A stretch of DNA of 64,000 nt from an uncultured Candidatus Saccharibacteria bacterium (GCA_965230975.1 OZ246402.1:1120859-1184858); one strand, 5' to 3'. Counted from the stretch's first letter, positions 30,522-40,276 are shown. Notes: generated by a model not told the origin, from the sequence alone. Numbers and translations are program-made.

Positions 30522-31517
30522 TTAGTTGTTAGACTTAACCTTCTTTGCATCCGCTTCTTCTTTAACTCTTTCTAAAATCCCTTTGTTTTTAGTTGCAGAT
30601 TTTAGACTTTTTGTCTTCTCAATTGAATCTTCGATTTTTGAAGGCTCTTTATTATCTTCACTAGATTCTTCTAAATCTACTTTTTCAATCTCATCAACAA
30701 CCTCTTCTGTTTTAACAATCTTCACCTCTGCCTTTGCATAGTCTTTCAGATTATGTTGAATCCCCTTACCCCCATTACCCTCTAAAACAGCATCCGCTAA
30801 AGTTTTTAAGATTAGCTTAATTGAACCAATAGCATCATCGTTTGCAGGAATAACATAATCAACTGATTCAGGATCACAATTGCTATCAATAATACCTACT
30901 ACTGGAACTCTAATTTTTCTTGCTTCTTTTACAGCAGCCTTTTCAAAGTTAGAATCGATAACGATCACAGCAGTTGGTTTTTGTGTTAAAGATTTAATAC
31001 CTGAATAAAGTCTAGTTAACCTTTGCCACTCTTTTTTCATTCTAGATACTTCGTACTTTGTTCTATCTTGAACACCTTCTTCTAATTGTCTTTCAATTAA
31101 GTTTAATTTATCTAAACTTTTTTTAATTACCTGAAAGTTTGTTAAAATTCCGCCTGCCCATCTTTCATCTACATAAAAAGCACCTGCCCTAATAGCCTCT
31201 TCTTTGATTATTTCTGATGCTTGTCTTTTTGTACCAACAAACAAGATGTTACCGTTCGCCGCAGCTTCTTTCAAGAACTCAACAGCAGCTTTTAGCTTGT
31301 CTTCTGTTTGCTGAATATCAATTATATGGATATTGTTTTTTGTACCATATATGTATCGGGACATTTTTGGATTCCATCTTTTAGATTCGTGACCAAATTG
31401 AACGCCAGAAGCAAGTAGGTCTTTTACAGTAGGGATTGCGCTACTTTTCGCTTTTTTTTCAGAAGATTCTTTTACTTCAGCTTCTGAGCCAGAAGGTTCT
31501 TTTACGTCATTTGACAT
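30522..31517 (-). CDS. rpsB: 30S ribosomal protein S2 with long Lys/Glu-rich C-terminal tail
   Basis: VQFGHESKRWNPKMSRYIYG, conserved S2 core; about 90 aa charged extension. Confidence 0.9.
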   Translation of the reverse strand: MSNDVKEPSGSEAEVKESSEKKAKSSAIPTVKDLLASGVQFGHESKRWNPKMSRYIYGTKNNIHIIDIQQTEDKLKAAVEFLKEAAANGNILFVGTKRQASEIIKEEAIRAGAFYVDERWAGGILTNFQVIKKSLDKLNLIERQLEEGVQDRTKYEVSRMKKEWQRLTRLYSGIKSLTQKPTAVIVIDSNFEKAAVKEARKIRVPVVGIIDSNCDPESVDYVIPANDDAIGSIKLILKTLADAVLEGNGGKGIQHNLKDYAKAEVKIVKTEEVVDEIEKVDLEESSEDNKEPSKIEDSIEKTKSLKSATKNKGILERVKEEADAKKVKSNN

Positions 31518-31769
31518 ATTTTATACCTTTACTTAAATAAAATACTTCCGTAAGTAGCCTGATTTTTATCAGGGAAGGTTTAACTTACGTGCTGATTTTT
31601 CAACCATTTAAAAGTTGAATGCTGAATTATATCAAACCCACGAGATAAATACCACCCTGCCTTGCCGGCAAAAGACAAGATGTCCACTACACAGACAGCC
31701 CTAATCGTAACAAACGGAGCAAAAGGTGTTCAAGTAGAAAAATTAGTTCAAAAGGATTAAACTAAACCA

Positions 31770-33479
31770 ATGAAGATATTTCTAACAACATTCACCTTAC
31801 TTGCGATTGCTTGGGCTATTATTGGATCGCCCTTTATTTTTGGAGATGGCTATGGGTATTATCATGCCGGCAAGGCTTTAGCAGAAAAAGGAAGCTTTAC
31901 TACCGAAGAAAAACCTGAGTATTATAACTATACTGGACATGGGGTAATAGAATATCAAGGGAAATTTATCACCCCCTACACCGTAGGTAATGCATTAATA
32001 TGGCTACCCTTGCTGGGATTATACTCAAATATAGAATCTGGAAGTACTACATCAGACTACTACTATGCCTTTAATGGACATTCTCTAGTTGATGGAATGG
32101 TAATCTCCCTAAGCGCAATTACATTGGCATCTTTAAGCGTTTTATTAATCTGCGAATCCTTACAGATACTAGGATTTAGCAAAAGAATTTCATATTTTTC
32201 TGTCGCAACAACATTTTTGGGATCATTTACACTACCTTATACTATTATTAATGCATCATACTCACATATTTACGAAGTGTTTACATTCTCCTTAATCATT
32301 TACCTATGCTTAAAACTAAGGAGCAATAAGTTTGAAAAAATAAAGTACAAGAATGGAGCAATCATACTAATTGGAAGTTTATTTGGATTATTATTTTTAA
32401 TAAGACCATTCGATATCTTGTTACTACTACCTATTGGTATATTTTTACTCAAGAAATTTAGAGCTAAAGCATTGTTGCTAATATTAGGAGGCATACCATT
32501 TGCTTTAATATTTTTCTCGTATAATCTTGCTAGTTACGGATCAATACTAACAACGGGCTACTCTCTCTCAGACGGCTTTGTTTTTATCTTTAACCTAGAT
32601 AGATTAATACAACTTTTATTTTCAGATATACGGGGATGGTACATTTACTCCCCATTAATATTCATAAGTACCGTTGGGCTTTTCATAATAAACAAGCAAA
32701 AAAAAGACCTAATATTACTCACCTTAGCACCTTTAGCTGCTATTTTATTTGGATATAGTTTTTGGCAAAACTGGTGGGCTGGAGATAGCGCGGGTCAAAG
32801 GTTCTTGATAGTACTACTACCTATTATAACGTTGGGCACAGCTTCTTTTATCAATCATTTTAAAAGAAGAAAAACACTCATAGCAATTGCAGTATCTTTG
32901 TTAAGCGTATACTCCTTACTGCTTTTTATATTGTATAGATTTACACCTACAAATATAGTTGGAGAAAATAGAGCTGATTATCAATATATTAATAGCTACG
33001 AAAGATTTGGAGTGAGCGACATTATTAAATATCATATAAAAAAGATCACGGGATCCAATTCACTTTATCAATATGTCAATTCTCTATCAGAAGGATTAAC
33101 CGGAGGTAGAAGTGTTTTAATGATTAGCTTAGGTTTAACTAAGCCTATTATAAATGTAGAAAACTACGATAATGACATTTCAATCTATATTATTCCAACT
33201 CCGACAAAACAAAATACAAACTCAAACATTCTAATGACTTATAAAACCGAAGAATCTATTACTTACTACTCTCTAAAATCAATAAATGCAAATCATCTCT
33301 TTGAAATTGAGATTTCTTGCAAATTAAATTGTTCTAGCAAAAATTACGATCTAACTAAGCTTGAAGAACCTATGGACACAAGCGATTATAATGTTAAGGA
33401 AATAAAATTAAAACAAGGGATGGTGTATTTATATATTCCAAATGATTTGAAATTAGCAAGTCCTATTAGAAAAATATAA
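31770..33479 (+). CDS. Large polytopic membrane protein, possibly GT-C-fold glycosyltransferase (PMT/ArnT-like) with C-terminal soluble domain
   Basis: 569 aa, more than 10 TM helices in the N-terminal 400 aa, aromatic-rich first loop (GDGYGYYHAGK). Assignment by architecture only. Confidence 0.4.
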   Translation: MKIFLTTFTLLAIAWAIIGSPFIFGDGYGYYHAGKALAEKGSFTTEEKPEYYNYTGHGVIEYQGKFITPYTVGNALIWLPLLGLYSNIESGSTTSDYYYAFNGHSLVDGMVISLSAITLASLSVLLICESLQILGFSKRISYFSVATTFLGSFTLPYTIINASYSHIYEVFTFSLIIYLCLKLRSNKFEKIKYKNGAIILIGSLFGLLFLIRPFDILLLLPIGIFLLKKFRAKALLLILGGIPFALIFFSYNLASYGSILTTGYSLSDGFVFIFNLDRLIQLLFSDIRGWYIYSPLIFISTVGLFIINKQKKDLILLTLAPLAAILFGYSFWQNWWAGDSAGQRFLIVLLPIITLGTASFINHFKRRKTLIAIAVSLLSVYSLLLFILYRFTPTNIVGENRADYQYINSYERFGVSDIIKYHIKKITGSNSLYQYVNSLSEGLTGGRSVLMISLGLTKPIINVENYDNDISIYIIPTPTKQNTNSNILMTYKTEESITYYSLKSINANHLFEIEISCKLNCSSKNYDLTKLEEPMDTSDYNVKEIKLKQGMVYLYIPNDLKLASPIRKI

Positions 33480-35726
33480 CTATGTTGTTTCTTCGGATAC
33501 AGATTCCTGACTCTCTTCAGAAGAAGACTGCTTTTTCTTTATTCTAATTATATCTTTTTTTGCAGGGTAATCTGGGTGGGCCCAGAATTCACCGAACTTA
33601 CCTTTTTTAATTAGATACGGTCTACCATCTTCTGTCTTTGGAACTTCACCATATTTCTGCTTTAATCCCTTAAGTGTCATTTCTAAAGGCTTTGCATCCT
33701 TAACCTTTGGGTAGTCAGGATGTGCCCAAAAAGACCCAAACCTACCTTTTTTTAAAACATAAGGATCACCCTGTTCTGTTTTTGGTGCAGGTTTGTATAA
33801 CGACTCATCTAAAACCTCGGCCTCAGATACGCCTTTGTTATCTTCTGTTTCAATAGCTAACATGCCTTTACACTTTGGGAAGTCAGTACAGCTTAAAAAT
33901 CTGCCGTATTTTCCTAATTTAATAACCATAGACTTTCCACACAATGGACATTTTTCTTCAGAAGTACCCAATACAGTAAACTCCTCTCTCCCGATTGACT
34001 TATCATTCTCTATAACCTTCTTTTCAAAAGGAAAGTAGAATTCCTTTAACATTTTTTTCCAGTCAAGCTTACCCACAGCTACATCGTCTAAGTCATTCTC
34101 CATCTTAGCTGTAAATCCATAATCCACTATATCTTTAAAATATTTTTCTAAAAGTTTTGTAACTACAGTGCCTGTATCTGTAGGGCTTAAGTATTTGTTT
34201 TCATTTAAAACATATTTACGAGCAACAATAGTAGAAATAATACTCGCATATGTTGAAGGTCTACCAATACCTAATTCTTCTAATTTTTTAATTATAGTTG
34301 CCTCCGAGTATCTTGCAGGTGGCTCTGTAAAGTGTTGAGAGGCTGTGATATCTTTAGGGTATAGCTGTTCACCCACCTCAAGTTTAGGAAGTATATTCTC
34401 TTTTTGAGATTCTTTATATACTTTTAAGTAACCATCAAAAGCAATGGTTTTCCCATTAGCTCTGAAAAGCATATTATCAATTTGAATATCAGCATTAATA
34501 AGTTCAAATAAGGCATCTGACATTTGTGATGCAATTGTTCTACTCCATATTAAATCATAAACCCTTAGTAGATCTCCTTCCAAGCCTAATTCTGCTCCTT
34601 TTTTTGTTAAATTAACAGGTCTAATTGCTTCGTGTGCTTCCTGTGCATTTTTATTTGAAGATGAATATAGTTTAACTTTTTCTGACAGATATTTTGGCCC
34701 AAACTGTGCTTTGATGTGGTTTCTTACAGACTCTATTGCTTGATTTGAAATATAAACAGAATCTGTTCGCATGTAAGTAATTAATCCGGCTTCATAAAGC
34801 TTCTGTGCAGATTGCATTGCTCTTTTGGCAGTGAAACCTAATTTATTTACAGCTGCTTGTTGAAAAGTACTTGTAATAAATGGGGGCTTAGGGCTTCTTT
34901 TTTGATTAGAAGAACTTATATCTAAAATAATCCACTTATTATTCTTTAGACTTTCTAATATTTTACTAGCATTTTCCTTATTCCCTATTTCTAAATTTTT
35001 ATTATCTATCTTTACAAGTGCAAATTGTATCAAGTTTTGGTCAGAAATATCTTCTGTCTTTTCTTCTTGTCCAGTAGTCTTTTCCTTGATTTTATAGCTA
35101 ACTTTGCTATCTTTATTTTTAGATAAGTTAGCTAATATTCTCCAATATTCGTCTGGTTTGAATGCATTTCTTTCACGTTCTCTTTCTACAATTAATCTTA
35201 ATGCTGCAGACTGCACTCTACCTGCAGATAAACCAAAAGCAATTTTTTTCCAAAGCAATGGTGATAATTTGTAACCAACCAATCTATCTAGTATTCTTCT
35301 TCCTTGTTGAGAATTAACTAAATTCATATCTATGTCCCTTGGATTTTTTAGAGCCTCTAATATTGCATCTTTAGAAATTTCGTGGAAAACAATTCTTTCT
35401 AAAGGTTTTTTAGATTTAAGCTTACCATTGTCATCTATCAACTTTAATTCCTTAGCAATATGCCAACCAATAGCTTCTCCCTCTCGATCCAAGTCAACTG
35501 CAAGTATTAGCTTATCAGCACCTTTATACGCTTTTTTAATATCTGATAAGGATGCCTTATTAGTAACCTCATACTCAGCTTCAAAGTTTTTTTCTACATT
35601 TACTCCTATTTTAGATTTAGGTAAATCTACAACATGACCTTTTGAAGCCTTTACTAGGTAATCTTTCCCTAAATATTTATTGATTGTTTTTGCCTTAGAG
35701 GGCGATTCTACAATTACTAAATTCAT
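33480..35726 (-). CDS. topA: DNA topoisomerase I
   Basis: Toprim N-terminus (LVIVESPSKAKTI), active-site region, C4 zinc ribbon and two C-terminal Lys-rich repeats (GRFGSFWAHPDYP / GKFGEFWAHPDYP). Confidence 0.95.
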   Translation of the reverse strand: MNLVIVESPSKAKTINKYLGKDYLVKASKGHVVDLPKSKIGVNVEKNFEAEYEVTNKASLSDIKKAYKGADKLILAVDLDREGEAIGWHIAKELKLIDDNGKLKSKKPLERIVFHEISKDAILEALKNPRDIDMNLVNSQQGRRILDRLVGYKLSPLLWKKIAFGLSAGRVQSAALRLIVERERERNAFKPDEYWRILANLSKNKDSKVSYKIKEKTTGQEEKTEDISDQNLIQFALVKIDNKNLEIGNKENASKILESLKNNKWIILDISSSNQKRSPKPPFITSTFQQAAVNKLGFTAKRAMQSAQKLYEAGLITYMRTDSVYISNQAIESVRNHIKAQFGPKYLSEKVKLYSSSNKNAQEAHEAIRPVNLTKKGAELGLEGDLLRVYDLIWSRTIASQMSDALFELINADIQIDNMLFRANGKTIAFDGYLKVYKESQKENILPKLEVGEQLYPKDITASQHFTEPPARYSEATIIKKLEELGIGRPSTYASIISTIVARKYVLNENKYLSPTDTGTVVTKLLEKYFKDIVDYGFTAKMENDLDDVAVGKLDWKKMLKEFYFPFEKKVIENDKSIGREEFTVLGTSEEKCPLCGKSMVIKLGKYGRFLSCTDFPKCKGMLAIETEDNKGVSEAEVLDESLYKPAPKTEQGDPYVLKKGRFGSFWAHPDYPKVKDAKPLEMTLKGLKQKYGEVPKTEDGRPYLIKKGKFGEFWAHPDYPAKKDIIRIKKKQSSSEESQESVSEETT

Positions 35727-35727
35727 A

Positions 35728-36768
35728 TTAAATTAATCTATAACTTCCAGAAATATTCCTGGTTATAATACCATTCATTTCTAAATTTAACATAATATCG
35801 CAAATAGATTCAAAAGATAATTCGTTTTTTAAATCATCATAAATTAAATCTAGACCACCGTGTTTTAAGATTGATTGTAAAATCAGGTATTCATTTTTAT
35901 TAGGTATAAACTCGCTATCACTTACAACTGGCTTATTCTCTTTTCTTAAAATATCTGATGGGCTTGTAACAAAATGCGCCATTTCATGCTTAATTAAATC
36001 ATTATTCCCCTCGTATGAATACCAATCTATATTTCCAGGGATTGAATAAAGATCTGTACTAATATCACTAGCTATTTTTGCAGTAAGCATAGACCCACCT
36101 TTTCTTGGTGATTCAATAATTAGGATAGATTTGCAAATTCCAGCCAATATTCTATTTCTCAAGACAAAAGACCCTTTATCTATACTGTCCGTAAAGGGAT
36201 ATTCACTTATAGCTAGCCCCTTATTCTTTAAGATATCATTATATATACCTTGATGCGTATAGGGATGAACTTTAATCAGAGACCCTGGAACTACTACAAT
36301 GCTTTTTGATTCTATTGAAGCTGAAACCTTATTTGCAATAATATCTACCCCAAATGCAAGCCCACTTGCAATAACAAAGTGCTTAACTAACTCTTTGGAA
36401 AAATACAGAGCATTCTTTATGCCTAAATCGGAAGGCTTTCTAGTACCAATAATTCCCATTACATCTTCTTTTAATAAAGATATGTTTCCAATATAAAATA
36501 AAATTATTGGGGGGTTTACCAGCTGTTTGAGTTTTTCAGGGTAAGTTTCTTCCCAATAGCAAATATACTTAATATTGTATTTATCTAGCTTTTCCAAGAA
36601 CTCTTGTAACTTTGACAATTCTGATTGGAAGTTATGTTTTAGATACAAAAAGAACTCATCTTCAGACTTACTTTCTTTGAACAGCTTATGGAATGTTTGA
36701 CACCCAAAACCTTCTTTTAAATATGCACAAAATGTAAATTTGACTTTATCTTGATAATTCATTCTCAA
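35728..36768 (-). CDS. dprA: DNA processing protein DprA/Smf
   Basis: Rossmann-like DprA core (GIIGTRKPSDLG...ASGLAFGVDIIANK). Conserved dprA-topA adjacency. Confidence 0.85.
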   Translation of the reverse strand: MRMNYQDKVKFTFCAYLKEGFGCQTFHKLFKESKSEDEFFLYLKHNFQSELSKLQEFLEKLDKYNIKYICYWEETYPEKLKQLVNPPIILFYIGNISLLKEDVMGIIGTRKPSDLGIKNALYFSKELVKHFVIASGLAFGVDIIANKVSASIESKSIVVVPGSLIKVHPYTHQGIYNDILKNKGLAISEYPFTDSIDKGSFVLRNRILAGICKSILIIESPRKGGSMLTAKIASDISTDLYSIPGNIDWYSYEGNNDLIKHEMAHFVTSPSDILRKENKPVVSDSEFIPNKNEYLILQSILKHGGLDLIYDDLKNELSFESICDIMLNLEMNGIITRNISGSYRLI

Positions 36769-36877
36769 ATTATTACAACCATTTCTTACAAAGTCCTTAC
36801 AATTTCAGAAAATAACCCACTATTTTAAGATTACACATTCAAGAAATTTATAAATTAGAGAGAGATTTAGTAAATAA

Positions 36878-36949
36878 GCCGAGAGCGGGGATCGAACCCG
36901 CGACCTCACCCTTACCATGGGTGTGCTCTACCAACTGAGCTACCGCGGC
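36878..36949 (-). tRNA. tRNA-Thr (anticodon GGT)
   Basis: Manual fold: GCCGCGGTAGCTCAGTTGGTAGAGCACACCCATGGTAAGGGTG...GGTTCGATCCC; anticodon loop ATGGTAA. Confidence 0.8.
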
Positions 36950-37004
36950 AATTATTACTAAGAATTATAGCAAAAGAATTAAGTTTAAGGGGTTTAAAAA
37001 AGTA

Positions 37005-37088
37005 TCCGGAGAGAAGGATTCGAACCTCCGAAAGCCTAAGGCTGCCTGATTTACAGTCAGGTGCGATTGACCGCTCCGCCATCTCCGG
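37005..37088 (-). tRNA. tRNA-Tyr (anticodon GTA), class II
   Basis: Acceptor CCGGAGA/TCTCCGG, anticodon loop CTGTAAA, long variable arm, T-loop GGTTCGAATCC, discriminator A. Confidence 0.8.
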
Positions 37089-37093
37089 ATATA

Positions 37094-37165
37094 AGCTGGA
37101 AGTGGGAGTTGAACCCACAACCTACGGTTTACAAAACCGTTGCTCTGCCATTGAGCTATTCCAGC
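37094..37165 (-). tRNA. tRNA-Thr (anticodon TGT)
   Basis: GCTGGAATAGCTCAATGGCAGAGCAACGGTTTTGTAAACCGT...GGTTCAACTCCCAC. Confidence 0.8.
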
Positions 37166-37299
37166 GTTTTAATGAACAAAATAGACTCTGGGATTATATA
37201 GTTTATAACAGTTTAAGTCCAGATGTATCCGCAATATATTTGAAAATACAGCTCTAATTTGATATAAATCCTATCTAAATTTATTTTAAGCTTGTCATT

Positions 37300-38220
37300 A
37301 TGTCCAATCCTATAAGTCAGTGGATCAGAGAAACGGGAGATGCTAGCTTGGCTTACAAACAAAATCTACATTCTACAGAGTTTACACTTCAAACTATACA
37401 AATGTATGTAAGCAATGGATTCATTAGCTCACAAATCGCTAGTATACTTTGGAATTATTTCAGTGATAATAGTAAATCTTCAAGAATAGGAATAATACAA
37501 TTGTTACAAATTGCTACAAGTAAACATCCTCAAAAAAAAGAAATACTACTAGAGATTATTCAGAGCGAATTAAAATCAGAGAAAGACTCTATGCAAAGCA
37601 TATTAGAAAAATATAATTTTACTAATAATCACTATACTAGAAACCTAGAAGAAATCCCCCCTAGTAATGAATGGGAAGCATACATAAATAGCGCTTCTCC
37701 AGGACCGATACAACAGGTAAGGCTGAATTATTCTGAAATAGAACTAGCATACAAGAATACACCCGATGATAACTTAGATACAGAGAACTTCCACACCAGC
37801 ACTTATCAAATCCTTTTACTTGCTTTCCCCGAGCTGGCTGAGATGTATAAGAAAAGTCCTGAGAATTTTGCTTTTAGATACTTCTATGGATCTCAAGAAA
37901 GAGAAGTTAATTTTGGCAATTACGAGGAAAACTTACAAAAGCATGGTGTAGATTTAGATATCAAGACAGGCTGGAAAGGTATTTGGACAAGAACTTCTAG
38001 AATTTATGGTGGCAAACTTAAAGAGCCTTCGGAAGGTAGCACTTTATTTCTAATAGTATACGTAAATGTTCGCCAACTATTAAACGGACCTGGTTTTTAC
38101 GATGAGGGTGCACTCGATTTCCATAGGTTAGTTGCAGAGGACCAGACACTTAGAGATCTTTTATTAAATGGTTGTATTATTCAAATAAAAGAAGATAAGG
38201 AAGAAAATATTGAGGGATAA
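37300..38220 (+). CDS. Hypothetical protein
   Basis: 306 aa, no recognisable motif; lies next to the tRNA cluster. Confidence 0.45.
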   Translation: MSNPISQWIRETGDASLAYKQNLHSTEFTLQTIQMYVSNGFISSQIASILWNYFSDNSKSSRIGIIQLLQIATSKHPQKKEILLEIIQSELKSEKDSMQSILEKYNFTNNHYTRNLEEIPPSNEWEAYINSASPGPIQQVRLNYSEIELAYKNTPDDNLDTENFHTSTYQILLLAFPELAEMYKKSPENFAFRYFYGSQEREVNFGNYEENLQKHGVDLDIKTGWKGIWTRTSRIYGGKLKEPSEGSTLFLIVYVNVRQLLNGPGFYDEGALDFHRLVAEDQTLRDLLLNGCIIQIKEDKEENIEG

Positions 38221-38287
38221 AAGGTAAATCTCATTGCTTTTTTTAGACTTATACATTAAAATCAACGAGCAATTTTAAGTAAATCAT

Positions 38288-38524
38288 ATGTCAAGAGTTT
38301 GTGAAATAACAGGCAAAAAAACAGCATTTGGTGGAAACCATAAGCACAGAAGAGGTTCATCCGGAGGAGGAGGAATGTGGGCTTTCAAAGCACCTAATAC
38401 CAAAAGAACCTGGAAACCAAATCTTAGAAAAGTAAAGCTTGAGGTAAACGGCCAAGTAAGAAGAGTAAAAATTTCCATGAAAGCTTACAAAAAGCTTAGA
38501 AAATCAGTGGAAGCTTCTGCATAA
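38288..38524 (+). CDS. rpmB: 50S ribosomal protein L28 with Gly-rich insertion
   Basis: MSRVCEITGKKTAFGGNHKHRRGSSGGGGMWAF...RVKISMKAYKKL; L28 N- and C-termini. Confidence 0.8.
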   Translation: MSRVCEITGKKTAFGGNHKHRRGSSGGGGMWAFKAPNTKRTWKPNLRKVKLEVNGQVRRVKISMKAYKKLRKSVEASA

Positions 38525-38526
38525 TT

Positions 38527-38575
38527 AAAATTAAAAAATTTAAAAACTTCTCGATTTTTCGGGAAGTTTTTTTAT
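38527..38575 (+). terminator. Rho-independent terminator after rpmB
   Basis: AACTTCTCG-ATTTTT-CGGGAAGTT followed by TTTTTTATTT. Confidence 0.7.
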
Positions 38576-38614
38576 TTAAACTCTACTCTGTTATTCACTC
38601 TCCATCTGATTTAT

Positions 38615-38659
38615 AATTACGAAGTAATTAGCCCATAATTATGAAGTAATTAGCTCATA
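38615..38659. repeat. Tandem ~22-bp direct repeat x2 upstream of rlmB
   Basis: AATTACGAAGTAATTAGCCCATA then AATTATGAAGTAATTAGCTCATA (2 mismatches). Confidence 0.7.
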
Positions 38660-38738
38660 CCTGCACAGTAATAACTAGACAATATGTTCTAATTTACTGG
38701 CAAGATATTAGTAAAAAATTAAATTTTTAAATAACAAA

Positions 38739-39452
38739 ATGATTATTTACGGAAGAAATGTCTTAATAGAAGCGCTAAAAAGTGACTTTCTTTTTGAAGA
38801 GATATATTTCGAAACAAATTTAAAACAAGAGGGAAAGATAGACGAGATTGTAGCTTTAGCCAAAAGAAGAGGCATAAAAATAGAATTACTTGATAAGAGA
38901 AAACTATCAAAGCTTTCAAATTCAGAGGAACATCAAGGTGTAGCTGCGAAAATAGATTTTCACTTAACTTCTTTGAATGAATTATTCGAAGATCACAAAA
39001 ACTTAAATAAGTCCTACATCTATATTTCCGAAGCAACATTTGAGCATAATGTTGGTGCAATAATAAGAACCGCAGAATGCGCAGGCCTTGGCGGAGTAAT
39101 AATTCCTAATGACATTGAAATTACATCTACTGTAATTAAAATTTCAACCGGAGCAGCATTTCATATTCCAATTATTGGGCTTAATATATATCAAGCAGTA
39201 AAAGATTTTAAAGATAATGGATTTGAAATAATTGGGATCGAAAGAGATGGGCAAAACCTATTTAATTCTAATATGAAAAATCCTGCTTTATTAATTATTG
39301 GTGGTGAAGATAAAAGCTTATCTACCAATCTTAGAGAAAGATGCGATAAAATTATAGAAATACCTCAGGCAGGCAAAGTAAACTCTTTAAATATGTCCGT
39401 TGCAGCAGGTATAGTTATATTTCAACATATAAATCAATTAAAAAATGTTTAA
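38739..39452 (+). CDS. rlmB: SpoU/TrmH-family 23S rRNA 2'-O-methyltransferase (RlmB-like)
   Basis: N-terminal substrate-binding domain, SPOUT motifs (LLIIGGEDKSLS, IPQAGKVNSLNMSVAAGIV). Confidence 0.8.
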   Translation: MIIYGRNVLIEALKSDFLFEEIYFETNLKQEGKIDEIVALAKRRGIKIELLDKRKLSKLSNSEEHQGVAAKIDFHLTSLNELFEDHKNLNKSYIYISEATFEHNVGAIIRTAECAGLGGVIIPNDIEITSTVIKISTGAAFHIPIIGLNIYQAVKDFKDNGFEIIGIERDGQNLFNSNMKNPALLIIGGEDKSLSTNLRERCDKIIEIPQAGKVNSLNMSVAAGIVIFQHINQLKNV

Positions 39453-40203
39453 ACAAGAAAATCAAATTTGGGTCTATTTAGTTGGAATAATAATAATTTT
39501 TGGGATAATCATCTTTTTAGGAAGAGATTTCTTTGTACCACTAATTTACAATAGAAAATCAGTTAATATTGACCAATCATTTAATACCGAGCCTGAATTT
39601 AAACTTACAGATAATACAAACTATCTTGCAAGACTTAATACAAACAAAGGTACAATTACAGTAGATTTGTTTGAAAGCAATGCCCCAAAAAATGTAAATA
39701 ACTTTATATATTTATCTTCTATGGGTTATTACACAAGAACAAAATTCCATAGAATGATACCTGATTTTCTAATTCAAGGTGGGGATAGAAATACTTTAAA
39801 CGATGACCTTACAGATGATGGGAAAGGTAGAACAGGATACTTTATAGAAGATGAAGTTAACTGGGATAGCTTAGGACTATCTCAAGAAAAACGAAATGAA
39901 CTAAGCAACTTAGGCTACAAATCCGCCCCAGTACTAGAATCTAAACCACTCGAGAGATTTTCAGTCGCTATGGCAAACAATGGCCCCGATACAAATAGCG
40001 CACAATTTTTTATAATAATTTCTACTGTTGATGATTCCAGATTAGATACCCTAAATGGTAAATTTACTGTGATTGGGAAAGTCGTATCCGGAGGAGAAGT
40101 TTTAGATCAAATTGCTAAGATTAGTGTAGTTAATATTGAAACAAACAACCCTACCCCATCAGAAGATATAATAATCGAGAGCATTGAAATCTACTCAAGA
40201 TAA
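39445..40203 (+). CDS. Cyclophilin-type peptidyl-prolyl cis-trans isomerase with N-terminal membrane anchor
   Basis: FHRMIPDFLIQGGD and neighbouring cyclophilin motifs; N-terminal TM helix. Confidence 0.85.
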   Translation: MFKQENQIWVYLVGIIIIFGIIIFLGRDFFVPLIYNRKSVNIDQSFNTEPEFKLTDNTNYLARLNTNKGTITVDLFESNAPKNVNNFIYLSSMGYYTRTKFHRMIPDFLIQGGDRNTLNDDLTDDGKGRTGYFIEDEVNWDSLGLSQEKRNELSNLGYKSAPVLESKPLERFSVAMANNGPDTNSAQFFIIISTVDDSRLDTLNGKFTVIGKVVSGGEVLDQIAKISVVNIETNNPTPSEDIIIESIEIYSR

Positions 40204-40220
40204 ATTCAATCAGCTTATCT

Positions 40221-40276
40221 TTTTCAAATTGTGAGCCAATTTTTCAAATTGTGAGCCAATTTTTCAAATTGTAAGG
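40221..40276. repeat. Tandem 20-bp direct repeat x2.8 upstream of comEA
   Basis: TTTTCAAATTGTGAGCCAAT repeated twice exactly, then TTTTCAAATTGTAAGG. Confidence 0.8.

Noticed and set aside
33555-33760. Duplicated GRFGSFWAHPDYP / GKFGEFWAHPDYP motif at the TopA C-terminus as something novel
   Set aside because: It matches the known C-terminal basic repeats found in many bacterial topoisomerase I proteins; an expected feature.
36912-37118. 68-aa minus-strand ORF
   Set aside because: Spans the tRNA-Thr and tRNA-Tyr genes; not coding.
36878-38220. tRNA-cluster-associated genomic island or prophage
   Set aside because: No integrase, transposase or direct-repeat att duplication of a tRNA 3' end was seen; the adjacent 306-aa hypothetical alone is insufficient.
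40221-40276. Possible CRISPR array
   Set aside because: Only 2.8 contiguous repeat units with no spacers; likewise the 38615-38659 repeat. No cas genes anywhere in the window.
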